From an uncultured Gemmatimonadales bacterium (GTDB lineage: Bacteria > Gemmatimonadota > Gemmatimonadetes > Gemmatimonadales > GWC2-71-9), in NCBI GenBank assembly GCA_963795085.1, contig CAWCFX010000001.1, positions 384,001 to 448,000 of the forward strand: a stretch of 64,000 nt of DNA. Direction: 5' to 3'. Below, one piece after another: positions 20,876-30,740 of the stretch. The number at the start of each line of letters is the position of its first letter. Within the stretch, counting starts at the first letter, position 1. The notes beneath the pieces are model-generated. The model had not been told where the DNA came from. It did no database searches and saw only the letters and a list, made by a program, of their open reading frames with translations. The translations under genes and the position numbers were made by a program.

Positions 20876-20924
20876 TGGAATCAGGGAATTGATAATGAGG
20901 GAATTGAGGGAATTGAGGCAATTT
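20876..20924. repeat. Degenerate inverted copies of the 9-bp repeat (GAGGGAATT)n
   Basis: AGGGAATTGATAATGAGGGAATTGAGGGAATTGAGGCAATT. Confidence 0.85.
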
Positions 20925-20949
20925 TTGAAAGGGTGGAACGGGTTCCCTC

Positions 20950-20983
20950 TTGACAGATTCCCTGGAAATGTAAACGTTTACAT
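20950..20983 (+). promoter_or_regulatory. TTGACA -35 element and LacI-family operator ATGTAAACGTTTACAT over the expected -10
   Basis: TTGACA at 20950-20955; perfect 16-bp palindrome with central CG at 20968-20983, upstream of a LacI gene. Confidence 0.8.
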
Positions 20984-21055
20984 ACAGCCTGCCGGACGTT
21001 TTAGTTCCTACTTGAAACAATAGAGTCGTGTCGGGGTTCCTTCACCTGCGGATCC

Positions 21056-22084
21056 ATGGCGGCAAGCGCGACGATCAAACATGTGGCCCGCGAGGCGGGA
21101 GTCTCGGTGGCTACGGTCTCCCGGGTCATGAACGAGAGCGCGCTCGTCGCCGAGGACACTCGGCTGCAGGTGCTGGCCGTCGCCACCCGCATGGGGTATG
21201 TGCCGCACAGCGGCGCCCGCAGCCTTATTACCAACCGCACCCACACCATCGGCATGCTGCTGCCCGACCTCTACGGGGAGTTCTTTTCCGAGTTCATCCG
21301 CGGGGTGGACCAGACGGCGCGGAAACATGGCTATCACATCCTGGTTTCCAGCTCGCACGCCAATCAACAGGACATCGAGGCGGTCCTCCGTTCCATGCGG
21401 GGCCGGGTGGATGGCCTGATCCTGATGGTGCCTGATATCCAGGTGGAGTCCGCCGTGCTGCTCTTTCCCGAGGTCTTCCCCCTGGTGCTGGTGAACTGCG
21501 GAGAGGGTGCCGAGCGGCACCAGGCGATCAATGTCGCCAACTACGATGGCGCGTTTGCCATGGTGAGCCACCTGGTGGCCCAGGGGCACCGGCGCATCGC
21601 GGTCATCACCGGCGGCGACCGCAACTACGATGCGTCTGAACGGCTCCGCGGATACCGCGCGGCGCTGGTGGCGGCGGGAATTCGCGCCGATCCCCAGTGG
21701 GAATTCCAGGGTGATTTCAGCGAGCACTCCGGCTTTCACGCCGCCCAGGACCTGGCCGGCCGGGCCGAGCGTCCATCCGCCATTTTCGCGTCCAACGACG
21801 CCATGGCGATCGGGGCGCTCTCCGCCCTCCGGGCGGGCGGCCTGCGGGTCCCGGAGGACATGGCCGTGGCCGGGTTCGACGACATTCCCATGGCGGCGTA
21901 CGTCGAGCCGCCGCTCTCCTCGGTGCACGTGGATATCAGTGCCCTGGGAGAGCGCGCCACGGTCCGCCTGCTGGACGCGCTCCAGCGGACCGGCGGCCAT
22001 GCACAGGTACTTCGCGAGGTGCTGCCGACTACGCTGGTGGTCCGCCGTTCCTGCGGAGCGCCCCGAGCGCCCCATACCAACTGA
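21056..22084 (+). CDS. LacI-family transcriptional regulator
   Basis: TIKHVAREAGVSVATVSRV HTH; sugar-binding domain with AVAGFDD. Confidence 0.96.
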   Translation: MAASATIKHVAREAGVSVATVSRVMNESALVAEDTRLQVLAVATRMGYVPHSGARSLITNRTHTIGMLLPDLYGEFFSEFIRGVDQTARKHGYHILVSSSHANQQDIEAVLRSMRGRVDGLILMVPDIQVESAVLLFPEVFPLVLVNCGEGAERHQAINVANYDGAFAMVSHLVAQGHRRIAVITGGDRNYDASERLRGYRAALVAAGIRADPQWEFQGDFSEHSGFHAAQDLAGRAERPSAIFASNDAMAIGALSALRAGGLRVPEDMAVAGFDDIPMAAYVEPPLSSVHVDISALGERATVRLLDALQRTGGHAQVLREVLPTTLVVRRSCGAPRAPHTN

Positions 22085-22124
22085 ATCCCGTTCTGCACGA
22101 TCTACTTTTTCGGAGGGATGCTGT

Positions 22125-25082
22125 ATGCTGAAGACTCGTCACACCTGGCAGCTGAGCCTGGCCGTCGCCGGATTCCTGCTGCTCGCCCTCAGCCCGACCG
22201 GGCTGCACGCCCAGAACACCACCGGCACCATCCGGGGCACCATCACCGACAGTGCCGGCATGGGATTGGCCGGCGCCGAGGTGATCGCGAAGAACGTGAG
22301 CAGCGGGGCCGAGCGGGCGACCACCACCCGCGACAACGGCGCCTACGCCCTGCCGGGCCTGGCGCCCGCCAGCTATGACCTGACGGTGCGGCGGATCGGC
22401 ATGGGCAGCGCAACCCAGCGCCTCCAGGTCGGTATCGGCCAGAACCTGATCGTCAACGTGGTGCTCACCTCCCGTACCATCCAGCTGGAAGAGTTGACGG
22501 TCGCATCCGGCACACCGACCATCGAGACCCGCACCTCGGAGGTGGCCACCAACGTGACCGAACAGCAGATCGAGCGGCTGCCCACTCCCAGCCGCAACTT
22601 CCTCGACCTGGCCGCGCTGGCTCCGGGCATCACGGTCTCGGAGGACCGGATCAACGGCACCGGCTTCCGGACCTTCCAGGGCGGCGGGCAAAGCGCCAAT
22701 GCCGTCAACGTGTTCATCGACGGGACCAGTCTCAAGAATGACCTGACCGGCGGCGGGGTGAGCGGCCAGGACGCCAGCCGTGGCAATCCGTTTCCGCGGA
22801 ACGCCATCCAGGAGTACCGGGTCATCAGCCAGAACTTCAAGGCCGAGTATCAGAAGGCGGGCAGTTCCGTGATTACGGCGACGACCCGCTCCGGCGGGAA
22901 CGACTGGTCCGGCAACGCCTTCGTGACCTTCCAGAACGAGGGCTTCGTGGCGCTGGACACGTTCCAGTTGCGGGACCAGGCGGCCAACCCCTCCACCTTC
23001 ACCCAACCGGACTATTCCCGGCTGCTGGGCGGTGTGAGCGTCGGCGGCCCAATTATCCAGGACCGGCTGCATTTCTTCGGCTCCTTCGAGGTGAATCGGC
23101 AGAACCGGTCCGCCCGGGTCAACTTCACGCCCCCGACCGGTTTCCCCGCCCTCGACACCGTCAACCTCTCCCAGTACAACGGCAACTTCACCTCTCCTTT
23201 CCGCGAGTTGCTTGGCTTCGGCAAGCTGACCTACGCCCTGGGGCCCCGTTCCTCGCTGGAGGCCAGCTTCAACACCAGGCACGAAACCGACGTGCGCGAT
23301 TTCGGGCCTTGCTGCGGCGCCGGGTTCAACGCTTTTACCGAGGCGGTCAATTTCCGTCAGGATGTCACGGTCGCGCAGGCCCGGCACAACTTCTTCTCCG
23401 GTCCCTGGCTCAACGAGGCCAAGGTGGACTATTCCCGGTTCCGCCGGAACCCCAGCCCCAACGAGCCGGGGATGGCGCAGCGGCTGTTTCAGATCCCCGG
23501 GGGCGACTACATCATCGGCAGCAACCGGAGCACCCAGGATTTCATCCAGAAGCGGCTGGGCCTGCGGGATGACCTGACCTACACCGGGTTCCGGGCCGGA
23601 GGCGAGCACGTCATCAAGATGGGCGCCAGCGTCGATTTCGTGACCTATGACATCAACAAGGACAACGACGGGACCCCTCGGTTCCTCTACAACGCCGGTT
23701 ATAACTACGAGCATCCGTTCGAACTCAACTATGGCACCGGTGACCCTCGGCTCAAGAAAAACAACACTCAGCTTGGCCTCTACCTGCAGGACGATTGGAG
23801 CCCCACGCGTCGGCTGACCATCAATGCCGGCGTCCGCTGGGACTTCGAGTCCAAGATGCTGAACTATGATTACGTCACGCCGCAGAACGTGGTCGATACC
23901 CTGATGCGGTACAACGACTCGCTCCCGGCCCCGCTGGACCTGAGCCGGTTCATCAGCGACGGCAACAGCCGGGATCCCTTCTACGGCGCCATCCAGCCAC
24001 GGCTGGGCTTTTCCTACGCCCTCGATCGGAACAACCGGACCACCATCTTTGGCGGCTTCGGGATCTATTACGACCGCTCGCTGTTTGACGTGGCGGTGGA
24101 TGAAACCCTGAAGCTGACCCACCCGCAGTACACGATCCGGTTCGCGGCGCCGGGCCAGATGCCCGGCCCCGGCGAAGTGGCCTGGCAGGACAGCTACCTG
24201 ACGTCAGACCGTGCCGTGCTCGACCAACTGGTCGGGACGTTCGGCACCCCTGAAGCCTGGCTCATCGCGAACGACGCAAAGGTGCCCAAGTCCCGGCAGT
24301 GGAACCTCGGTGTGCGCCGGCTGTTCGGTGATGTCGCCGTGTCGCTGACCTACGCTGGCGTGCGCGGGGTGGACCAGCTCACGCTCAACTGGGCCAACTT
24401 CGGCCTCAACCCCAACGGCACCTGCTGCACCAGCTTCAACCTGGGCGCCCACGGGTTCAGCAACTTTATCTACTCCAGCAACGACGCGAAGACATGGTAC
24501 GACGCGTTGCTGCTCCAGGTTGACCGGCCCTACCGGCGGTCGATGGACAGCGAGTGGGGCTGGGGCGCCGGCATCGCCGTGACCTACGCCGAGCGGCAGC
24601 TGGAAGGCGTGGACAACCTGGGCGACCTGTTTGCCTTCCCCAATACCCAGAACATCCCGAAGCACCCGTCCAACGACGAGCGGGCTCGCATCGTGGCCAA
24701 CTGGATCACCGACGTGCCCTACCTGTTCGGGATCCAGTTCAGCGGGCTCATTACCCTGGGGAGCGGCAACAAGCAGGACATCAGCTGTCCGCCCCGGTTC
24801 TGCTCGGACTACGTCCGCGGCGGATTCTCACCCCCGGGACAGAAATTCCTGGTCTTCGGCAAGTGGGTGTACCGGAACGTGGACATGCGCCTGCGGAAGG
24901 ACTTCCCCAGTCTCCGCGGGACCCGTCTCGGCCTCACGCTGGACGTGTTCAATGTGTTTAATTACGACAACTTCGGCTGCTTCAACACACCGGGCAACCA
25001 GAGCGATCCGAACTTCGGCGCACCCAATTGCGTCGTTTCGGACGCCCGCAGGATCCAGCTCGGCGCCGAGTACGATTTCTAG
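22125..25082 (+). CDS. TonB-dependent receptor (Oar-like, N-terminal carboxypeptidase-regulatory-like domain)
   Basis: Signal peptide; RNFLDLAALAPG plug; YLQDDW...GVRWD; terminal YDF; GGAGG RBS. Confidence 0.9.
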   Translation: MLKTRHTWQLSLAVAGFLLLALSPTGLHAQNTTGTIRGTITDSAGMGLAGAEVIAKNVSSGAERATTTRDNGAYALPGLAPASYDLTVRRIGMGSATQRLQVGIGQNLIVNVVLTSRTIQLEELTVASGTPTIETRTSEVATNVTEQQIERLPTPSRNFLDLAALAPGITVSEDRINGTGFRTFQGGGQSANAVNVFIDGTSLKNDLTGGGVSGQDASRGNPFPRNAIQEYRVISQNFKAEYQKAGSSVITATTRSGGNDWSGNAFVTFQNEGFVALDTFQLRDQAANPSTFTQPDYSRLLGGVSVGGPIIQDRLHFFGSFEVNRQNRSARVNFTPPTGFPALDTVNLSQYNGNFTSPFRELLGFGKLTYALGPRSSLEASFNTRHETDVRDFGPCCGAGFNAFTEAVNFRQDVTVAQARHNFFSGPWLNEAKVDYSRFRRNPSPNEPGMAQRLFQIPGGDYIIGSNRSTQDFIQKRLGLRDDLTYTGFRAGGEHVIKMGASVDFVTYDINKDNDGTPRFLYNAGYNYEHPFELNYGTGDPRLKKNNTQLGLYLQDDWSPTRRLTINAGVRWDFESKMLNYDYVTPQNVVDTLMRYNDSLPAPLDLSRFISDGNSRDPFYGAIQPRLGFSYALDRNNRTTIFGGFGIYYDRSLFDVAVDETLKLTHPQYTIRFAAPGQMPGPGEVAWQDSYLTSDRAVLDQLVGTFGTPEAWLIANDAKVPKSRQWNLGVRRLFGDVAVSLTYAGVRGVDQLTLNWANFGLNPNGTCCTSFNLGAHGFSNFIYSSNDAKTWYDALLLQVDRPYRRSMDSEWGWGAGIAVTYAERQLEGVDNLGDLFAFPNTQNIPKHPSNDERARIVANWITDVPYLFGIQFSGLITLGSGNKQDISCPPRFCSDYVRGGFSPPGQKFLVFGKWVYRNVDMRLRKDFPSLRGTRLGLTLDVFNVFNYDNFGCFNTPGNQSDPNFGAPNCVVSDARRIQLGAEYDF

Positions 25083-25098
25083 CGACGTGACGCAGTGA

Positions 25099-25132
25099 CG
25101 GCGGCCGGCCCCCGGGCCGGTCGCCGGTTTTT
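25099..25132 (+). terminator. GC-rich hairpin with U tract inside the sugar operon
   Basis: CGGCGGCCGGCCC/GGGCCGGTCGCCG followed by GTTTTT. Confidence 0.6.
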
Positions 25133-25157
25133 CTCTCCCCGCTTCCCCGGGTGCCGT

Positions 25158-26582
25158 ATGCCCAAGTTCTCCTGCCGTTTCCGCCGCCTGTTGCTGGTCG
25201 GTCTCCTCGCGGGTTGCGGCGGCAACGCGGGGACCGCCACCGGTCCCGACCCGATCACCCCCCGGGCCGAGGCCTTCCTCGACACCCTCTCCCAGCGGAC
25301 CTTCGCGTTCTTCTGGGAGCGGAGCGATGCCGGCACCGGGCTCACGCCGGACCGCTGGCCCACGCCCTCGTTCGCGAGCATCGCCGCCGTGGGGTTCGGC
25401 CTCACCGCCTATCCGATCGGCGTCGAGCGGGGCTACATCTCGCGGGAAGAAGCGAAGCAACGGACCCTGGCCACCCTCCGGTTCCTCTGGACCGCCCCCC
25501 AGGGGACGGCGGCCTCGGGCATGACCGGGTACCAGGGATTCTTCTACCATTTCCTCAACAGCGACGGCTCCCGCTTCCAGACGGTCGAGCTCTCCACCGT
25601 GGACACGGCCCTTCTGCTGGGTGGGGTGCTGTTCTGCCAGGAATATTTCGACGGCGCCGACGCCGGCGAGGTCGAGATCCGGCAACTGGCCGATTCACTC
25701 TACCTCCGGGTCAACTGGCAATGGGCCCAACCGCGGCCCCCCGGGATCACCATGGGCTGGTACCCGGAGCAGGGCTTTCATCACCTCGACTGGCGGGGCT
25801 ACAACGAGGCGATGCTGGTCTACATCCTCGCCCTCGGCTCACCCACCCACCCGGTGGATTCCACGGCGTGGGACCTGTGGACCGCGGATTACCAGTGGGG
25901 CACGTATTACGGGCAATCCCACCTCGGCTTCGCCCCTCTTTTCGGGCACCAGTACTCCCACATATGGATTGATTTCCGGGGGATCCAGGACGCCTACATG
26001 CGGGGCCGCGGCATTGATTATTTCGAGAACTCCCGGCGCGCCACCGTGGCCCAGCGGGAATACGCGGCCGCCAACCCCAACGACTGGACCGGCTACTCCC
26101 GCGACCTGTGGGGCCTGACCGCCGCGGACGGGCCAATTGATACCACCATCACGGTGCGGGGGAGGCCCCGGCTTTTCTATACCTACTCGGCGCGGGGCGC
26201 CAGCTTCAACGAGGTGCGGGACGACGGGACGCTGGTGCCCACCGCGGCGGGCGGATCCATCCCGTTCGCGCCCGATATCACCATCCCGGCGCTGGTCGCC
26301 CTCCGCGAGCGGGGCGGTGACCACCTGTTCGGCCAGTACGGGTTCCTCGACGCGTTCAACCCCACCTTCCAGTTTCCGGTGACAGTCCGCCACGGCCGGG
26401 TCGTCCCCGGGCTCGGCTGGGTGGATACCGATTACCTGGGCATTGACCAGGGCCCCATTCTCGCGATGCTGGAGAACTACCGGAGCGAGCTGGTGTGGAA
26501 GCTGATGCGGAAGAATCCCTACGTGGTGAGAGGATTGCGGCGGGCCGGCTTCACGGGAGGGTGGCTGGATCAGGCGAACTGA
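25158..26582 (+). CDS. Glucoamylase-like (DUF3131/GH144-type) lipoprotein, putative endo-beta-1,2-glucanase
   Basis: Lipobox LAGC; SIAAVGFGL, GFFYHF, ELSTVDTA, GYNEA, PLFGHQYSH, YLGIDQGP. Confidence 0.8.
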   Translation: MPKFSCRFRRLLLVGLLAGCGGNAGTATGPDPITPRAEAFLDTLSQRTFAFFWERSDAGTGLTPDRWPTPSFASIAAVGFGLTAYPIGVERGYISREEAKQRTLATLRFLWTAPQGTAASGMTGYQGFFYHFLNSDGSRFQTVELSTVDTALLLGGVLFCQEYFDGADAGEVEIRQLADSLYLRVNWQWAQPRPPGITMGWYPEQGFHHLDWRGYNEAMLVYILALGSPTHPVDSTAWDLWTADYQWGTYYGQSHLGFAPLFGHQYSHIWIDFRGIQDAYMRGRGIDYFENSRRATVAQREYAAANPNDWTGYSRDLWGLTAADGPIDTTITVRGRPRLFYTYSARGASFNEVRDDGTLVPTAAGGSIPFAPDITIPALVALRERGGDHLFGQYGFLDAFNPTFQFPVTVRHGRVVPGLGWVDTDYLGIDQGPILAMLENYRSELVWKLMRKNPYVVRGLRRAGFTGGWLDQAN

Positions 26583-26599
26583 GCGGGCGAGGTGAGGGC

Positions 26600-27436
26600 C
26601 GAAAGCGTTCCTTGAGACTGTCGTGCGAACCGGCCCTGCCCGGACACGAAAGCACGAAACAAAGAAGAGAAGATCGTTCGTGGTTTCGTGATCAAGCCGG
26701 GCCGGCCCTTGAGCGTCCCTTGAGATTATTGGGCGACGCCAGCCCTGCCTGGACACGAAAGCACGAAAACACAAAAGAAGAACGCGAAACAGATACCTGC
26801 ACCCATGAGCCTCGCTTCTTTGCTTTGTACGTTTCGGGCTTTGTAGTTCGTGCTTTTGCTGTTTGTCGTTCGTGGTTGCGTGATCCGGCAGGGCCGGCCC
26901 TCGAGCGTCCCTTGGGATTATTGTGCGACGCCAGCCCTGCCCGGACACGAAAGCACGAAATAAAGTAGGGAAAGAGAGAACTCCTGGAGTCTGAGCATTT
27001 TGTCTTTGTTTTTGTAAATGTCGTTCTTTGTTGTTGGTGCTTTGTAGTTCGTGCTGTTGCTGTTTGTCATTCGTGGTTTCGTGATTCGGCAGGGCCGGCC
27101 CTCGAGTGTCCCTTGAGATTATTGTGCGACACCAGCCGTGCCCGGACACGAAAGGCGCTTTGTAGTTCGTGCTTTGCTGTTTGTCGTTCGTGCTTTCGTG
27201 ATCCGGCAGGGCCGGCCCTCAAGCGCCCTTGAGATTATTGTGCGAACCAACCCTGCCCGGACACAAAGGCACGAAACGAAGAAGGGGACAAGCGAAGAAG
27301 CCCGGAACCAGTAGAGCATTTTCTATCCTATTGCGGTCTATTTCGTCCTTTGTAGTTCGTGCTTTGTAGTTCGTGCTTTGTGCTGTTTGTCGTTTGTGGT
27401 TTTGTGATCAATCAGGGCCAGCCCATGAGCGTTCCT
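26600..27436. repeat. Array of five hairpin elements (type A) with constant linkers and variable loops
   Basis: Arms GCCCTGCCCGGACACGAAAGCACGAA / TTCGTGSTTTCGTGATCCGGCAGGGC; 37-39 bp conserved linkers. Confidence 0.92.
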
Positions 27437-27458
27437 TTGCCCCGAGGATTTCACGGTC

Positions 27459-28745
27459 GTGTCGCGCTTCGCTCCCTTCCTCTGCCTTCTCCTGGTCCTC
27501 CCGGCCTGCGGGGACCGGCAGGCCGATGGTACCGTCACCCTCCGGTTCTGGGGCATGGGCCGCGAAGGCGAAGTCGTGCAGGAGCTGGTCCGGGATTTCG
27601 AGCGGGAGCATCCCGGCATCCGGGTCAAGGTGCAGCAGATTCCCTGGTCCGCCGCGCACGAGAAGCTGCTCACCGCCCACGTGGGCGATGCGGCGCCCGA
27701 TATCGCGCAGCTGGGCAACACCTGGATCCCCGAGTTCGTCGCCCTGCGGGCGCTGCAGCCGCTGGACAGCGCGCTGGGCCAGTCCCCGACGGTCGCCGAT
27801 ACGAACTACTTCCCCGGGATCTGGCAGACCAACCTGATTGACGGCGTGACCTACGGTGTGCCGTGGTACGTGGACACCCGGGTGGTCTTCTACCGGAAGG
27901 ACCTGCTGGCGCAGGCCGGATATGCCGAGTTTCCGCGGACCTGGAGCGAGTGGCTGGCGGCCATGCGGGCCATCAAGCGGCTGGTCGGCCCCGACCGCTA
28001 TCCCATCTACCTGCCCAGTAACGAGTGGCACCAGCCGGTCATCTTCGCGATGCAGGCGGGGTCGTCGCTGCTCGATTCGGCGGGCGCCTACGGCACCTTT
28101 ACCGAGCCCGGGTTTCGCCGGGCGTTCGACTTCTATCTCGGTCTCTACCGCGACAGCCTGGCGCCGGTCAAGGGTCTCAACGACGTCGCCAATCCCTACC
28201 AGGAGTTCGAGCGGGGATATTTCGCGATGTGGATCACCGGGCCCTGGAACCTGGGTGAATTCGCCCGCCGGCTGCCCGATTCCATGCAGCAGCGCTGGGC
28301 CACGGCGCCGCTTCCGGGTCCCGATGGTGAGTCCACCGGGGTGTCCCTCGCCGGCGGGTCGAGCCTGGTGCTGTTCCGGTCCTCGCCTCACCCGCGGGAG
28401 GCCTGGCAGCTGATCGAGTACCTGTCCCAGCCGGCGCAGCAGCAGAAGTTCTACGAGTTGACGGGGGACCTGCCGGCCCGCACCGACGCCTGGAGCGATT
28501 CGCTGATCGCCGGCGACGCGAACCGTCACGCCTTCTGGGAGCAGCTGCAGCGGGTCCAGGCGCCGCCCCGGGTGGCGGAATGGGAACAGATCGCGACCAA
28601 GGTGCTGGACTATGCGGAACAGTCCATCCGCGGCGGAGTCCCGGGTGACACGGCGCTGGCGAGGCTGGACCGGGATGTCAACCGGCTGCTGGAGAAGCGG
28701 AGATGGGTGCTGGAGCGGGGGAGGGTGGGTTCCCGGGGGCCTTAG
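27459..28745 (+). CDS. Sugar ABC transporter substrate-binding lipoprotein
   Basis: Lipobox LPAC; PDIAQLGNTW, YGVPWYVDTRVVFYRKDLL. Confidence 0.92.
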   Translation: MSRFAPFLCLLLVLPACGDRQADGTVTLRFWGMGREGEVVQELVRDFEREHPGIRVKVQQIPWSAAHEKLLTAHVGDAAPDIAQLGNTWIPEFVALRALQPLDSALGQSPTVADTNYFPGIWQTNLIDGVTYGVPWYVDTRVVFYRKDLLAQAGYAEFPRTWSEWLAAMRAIKRLVGPDRYPIYLPSNEWHQPVIFAMQAGSSLLDSAGAYGTFTEPGFRRAFDFYLGLYRDSLAPVKGLNDVANPYQEFERGYFAMWITGPWNLGEFARRLPDSMQQRWATAPLPGPDGESTGVSLAGGSSLVLFRSSPHPREAWQLIEYLSQPAQQQKFYELTGDLPARTDAWSDSLIAGDANRHAFWEQLQRVQAPPRVAEWEQIATKVLDYAEQSIRGGVPGDTALARLDRDVNRLLEKRRWVLERGRVGSRGP

Positions 28746-28753
28746 GGTGGGAG

Positions 28754-29031
28754 TTCACGAAGGTCACCACGGAGAACAGCAACTGCTCTACCGCAGAGGC
28801 GCGAAGGACGCAATGACTCGCAAAGAATGTCAGTACGAGACTAGGCTTTGAACCGGTTTGTCCTTTCTATGACTGCTTGGGGAAGAACTATTCCTGTCGA
28901 CGAGGCAGACGTGGCATCCGTGCAGCCTCCGGGCTTTTCGTGGCTCCGTGGTGAACGCCTGTCCCTTTGCGTGTCTCCGCGCTCTTTGCGCCTCTGCGGC
29001 GAGGATCTTCTGGAATCCAAACCCTCGTGAA
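28754..29031. repeat. Intergenic element with three inverted-repeat pairs (type C)
   Basis: TTCACGAAGG/CCTCGTGAA, TCACCACGGAG/CTCCGTGGTGA, CCGCAGAGGCGCGAAG/CTTTGCGCCTCTGCGG. Confidence 0.75.
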
Positions 29032-29034
29032 TGA

Positions 29035-29919
29035 ATGAGCATCGAACAACGGGAAAACCGGGCCGGCTGGTGGTTCATCGCTCCGGCGTTGCTCCTGATC
29101 GCGGCGTTCTTTGTCGTGCCCGTGCTGGCGGCGCTGGTGCTCAGCTTCACCGACTTCGATCTCTACGCCATCGGGGACTTCGCCAATGCCCGGTTCGTGG
29201 GTTTGGCCAACTATGCCGGCATGTTCCAGAATCCGATCTTCTGGACCGCGCTCAAGAACACCTTCTACTTCGCGCTGGTGGGAGGGCCCCTGACGGTGGG
29301 AGTCTCCCTCGCGGCGGCGCTGCTGGTCAACGCGCCCCTCACCCGGCTCCGGGGGTTCTGGCGGACGGTCTATTTCACACCCTTCGTCACCACCCTGGTG
29401 GCCGTGGCGATCGTGTGGCGCTACCTCTACCACCCCCAGTACGGGCTGCTCAACTACGCGCTCGGCTGGGTAGGCATTGACCCGATCAACTGGCTGGGCG
29501 ATCCCAACTGGGCCATGCCGGCGGTGATCCTGCTCGCCACCTGGAAGAACTTCGGCTACAACATGCTGATCCTGATTGCCGGCCTGCAGAGCATCCCGGA
29601 AGAACTCTACGAGGCGGCGCGGCTGGACGGCGCCGGGCCGGTCCGGCGGTTCCGCCACGTGACGCTGCCCATGCTGGGCCCCACCATGCTGTTCGTCGCG
29701 GTGATCACCATGATCGGCTACTTCCAGGTGTTCACCGAGCCATACGTGATGACCGCCGGCGGGCCGCTCAAGGCGACCACCACGATGGTCCTCCTGATGT
29801 ACGAGGAAGGCTTTCGCTGGTGGCGGATGGGCGTGGCCGCGGCCTACGCCTTTGCCCTGTTCGTCATCATCCTGGCGGGCACCCTGATCCAGACCCGTAT
29901 CCAGCGGGTGAGGGTCTGA
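29035..29919 (+). CDS. Sugar ABC transporter permease (MalF/UgpA-like)
   Basis: EAA loop LYEAARLDGA; multiple TM helices. Confidence 0.95.
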   Translation: MSIEQRENRAGWWFIAPALLLIAAFFVVPVLAALVLSFTDFDLYAIGDFANARFVGLANYAGMFQNPIFWTALKNTFYFALVGGPLTVGVSLAAALLVNAPLTRLRGFWRTVYFTPFVTTLVAVAIVWRYLYHPQYGLLNYALGWVGIDPINWLGDPNWAMPAVILLATWKNFGYNMLILIAGLQSIPEELYEAARLDGAGPVRRFRHVTLPMLGPTMLFVAVITMIGYFQVFTEPYVMTAGGPLKATTTMVLLMYEEGFRWWRMGVAAAYAFALFVIILAGTLIQTRIQRVRV

Positions 29920-30740
29920 TGAGACGCTCCCTCAGCACCGCCCTGTTCTATGCCATCCTGGTCGCCGGGGCGGTGCTGGCCCTGGTGCCGATGGTCTGGA
30001 TGGTCTCCGCCTCGCTCATGCCGGCGGGGGCCGCCAACTCCTCGCCGCCCCATTTCTTCCCCCCGTCCATCACGTTCGAGCACTACCGCACCCTCTTCGA
30101 GCGCCTGAACCTGGGCCGCTACCTGCTGAACAGCGTCGTCATCGCCTCGACCGTGACCGTCGTATCGCTCGTCATCAACTCGATGGCCGGCTATGCCTTT
30201 GCCAAGCTGCGGTTCGCCGGCCGCGACCGGGCGTTCAGGATCCTGCTCACCGGACTGGTGGTCCCGGTCCAGGTCGCCATGCTCCCGCTGTTTCTCATGT
30301 TCAAGGAGCTGGGTTTCATCAACAGCTACGCGGGGGTCATGGTCCCCACCCTGGCCAGCATCTTCGGCATCTTCCTGGTGCGGCAGTACGCCCTGAGCAT
30401 CCCGGACGACCTGCTGGACGCCGGCCGGATCGACGGGGCCAGCGAGTGGCGGATCTACCGGTCGGTGGTGGTCCCCTCCATCATGCCGATCCTCGCCACC
30501 CTGGCCATCTGGACCTTCCTTAATACCTGGAATGACTTCATGTGGCCGCTGATCGTCCTGAGCGACGAGTCGCTCTGGACGCTGCCGGTGGCCCTCGCCA
30601 ACCTGTCGGGCGAGCACGTGCAGGACACCGAGCTGATGATGGCCGGGTCGGTCGTGACGGTGCTGCCGGTCCTGGGCGTCTTCCTGGTCCTGCAGCGCTA
30701 CTATGTCGAAGGGATCATGATGGGGAGCGTGAAGGGATGA
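29919..30740 (+). CDS. Sugar ABC transporter permease (MalG/UgpE-like)
   Basis: LLDAGRIDGA, WNDFMWPL; TGATG coupling with upstream permease. Confidence 0.95.
   Translation: MRRSLSTALFYAILVAGAVLALVPMVWMVSASLMPAGAANSSPPHFFPPSITFEHYRTLFERLNLGRYLLNSVVIASTVTVVSLVINSMAGYAFAKLRFAGRDRAFRILLTGLVVPVQVAMLPLFLMFKELGFINSYAGVMVPTLASIFGIFLVRQYALSIPDDLLDAGRIDGASEWRIYRSVVVPSIMPILATLAIWTFLNTWNDFMWPLIVLSDESLWTLPVALANLSGEHVQDTELMMAGSVVTVLPVLGVFLVLQRYYVEGIMMGSVKG

Noticed and set aside
21630..22124. N-terminal extension of the TonB receptor (likewise ORF-track starts 2444, 14408, 30542, 56703, 60476)
   Set aside because: They overlap upstream genes or promoters; downstream starts give proper RBS, coupling or signal peptides
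26600..27436. CRISPR array
   Set aside because: Constant block is ~90 bp; variable parts are unequal, low-complexity and related to each other; no cas genes
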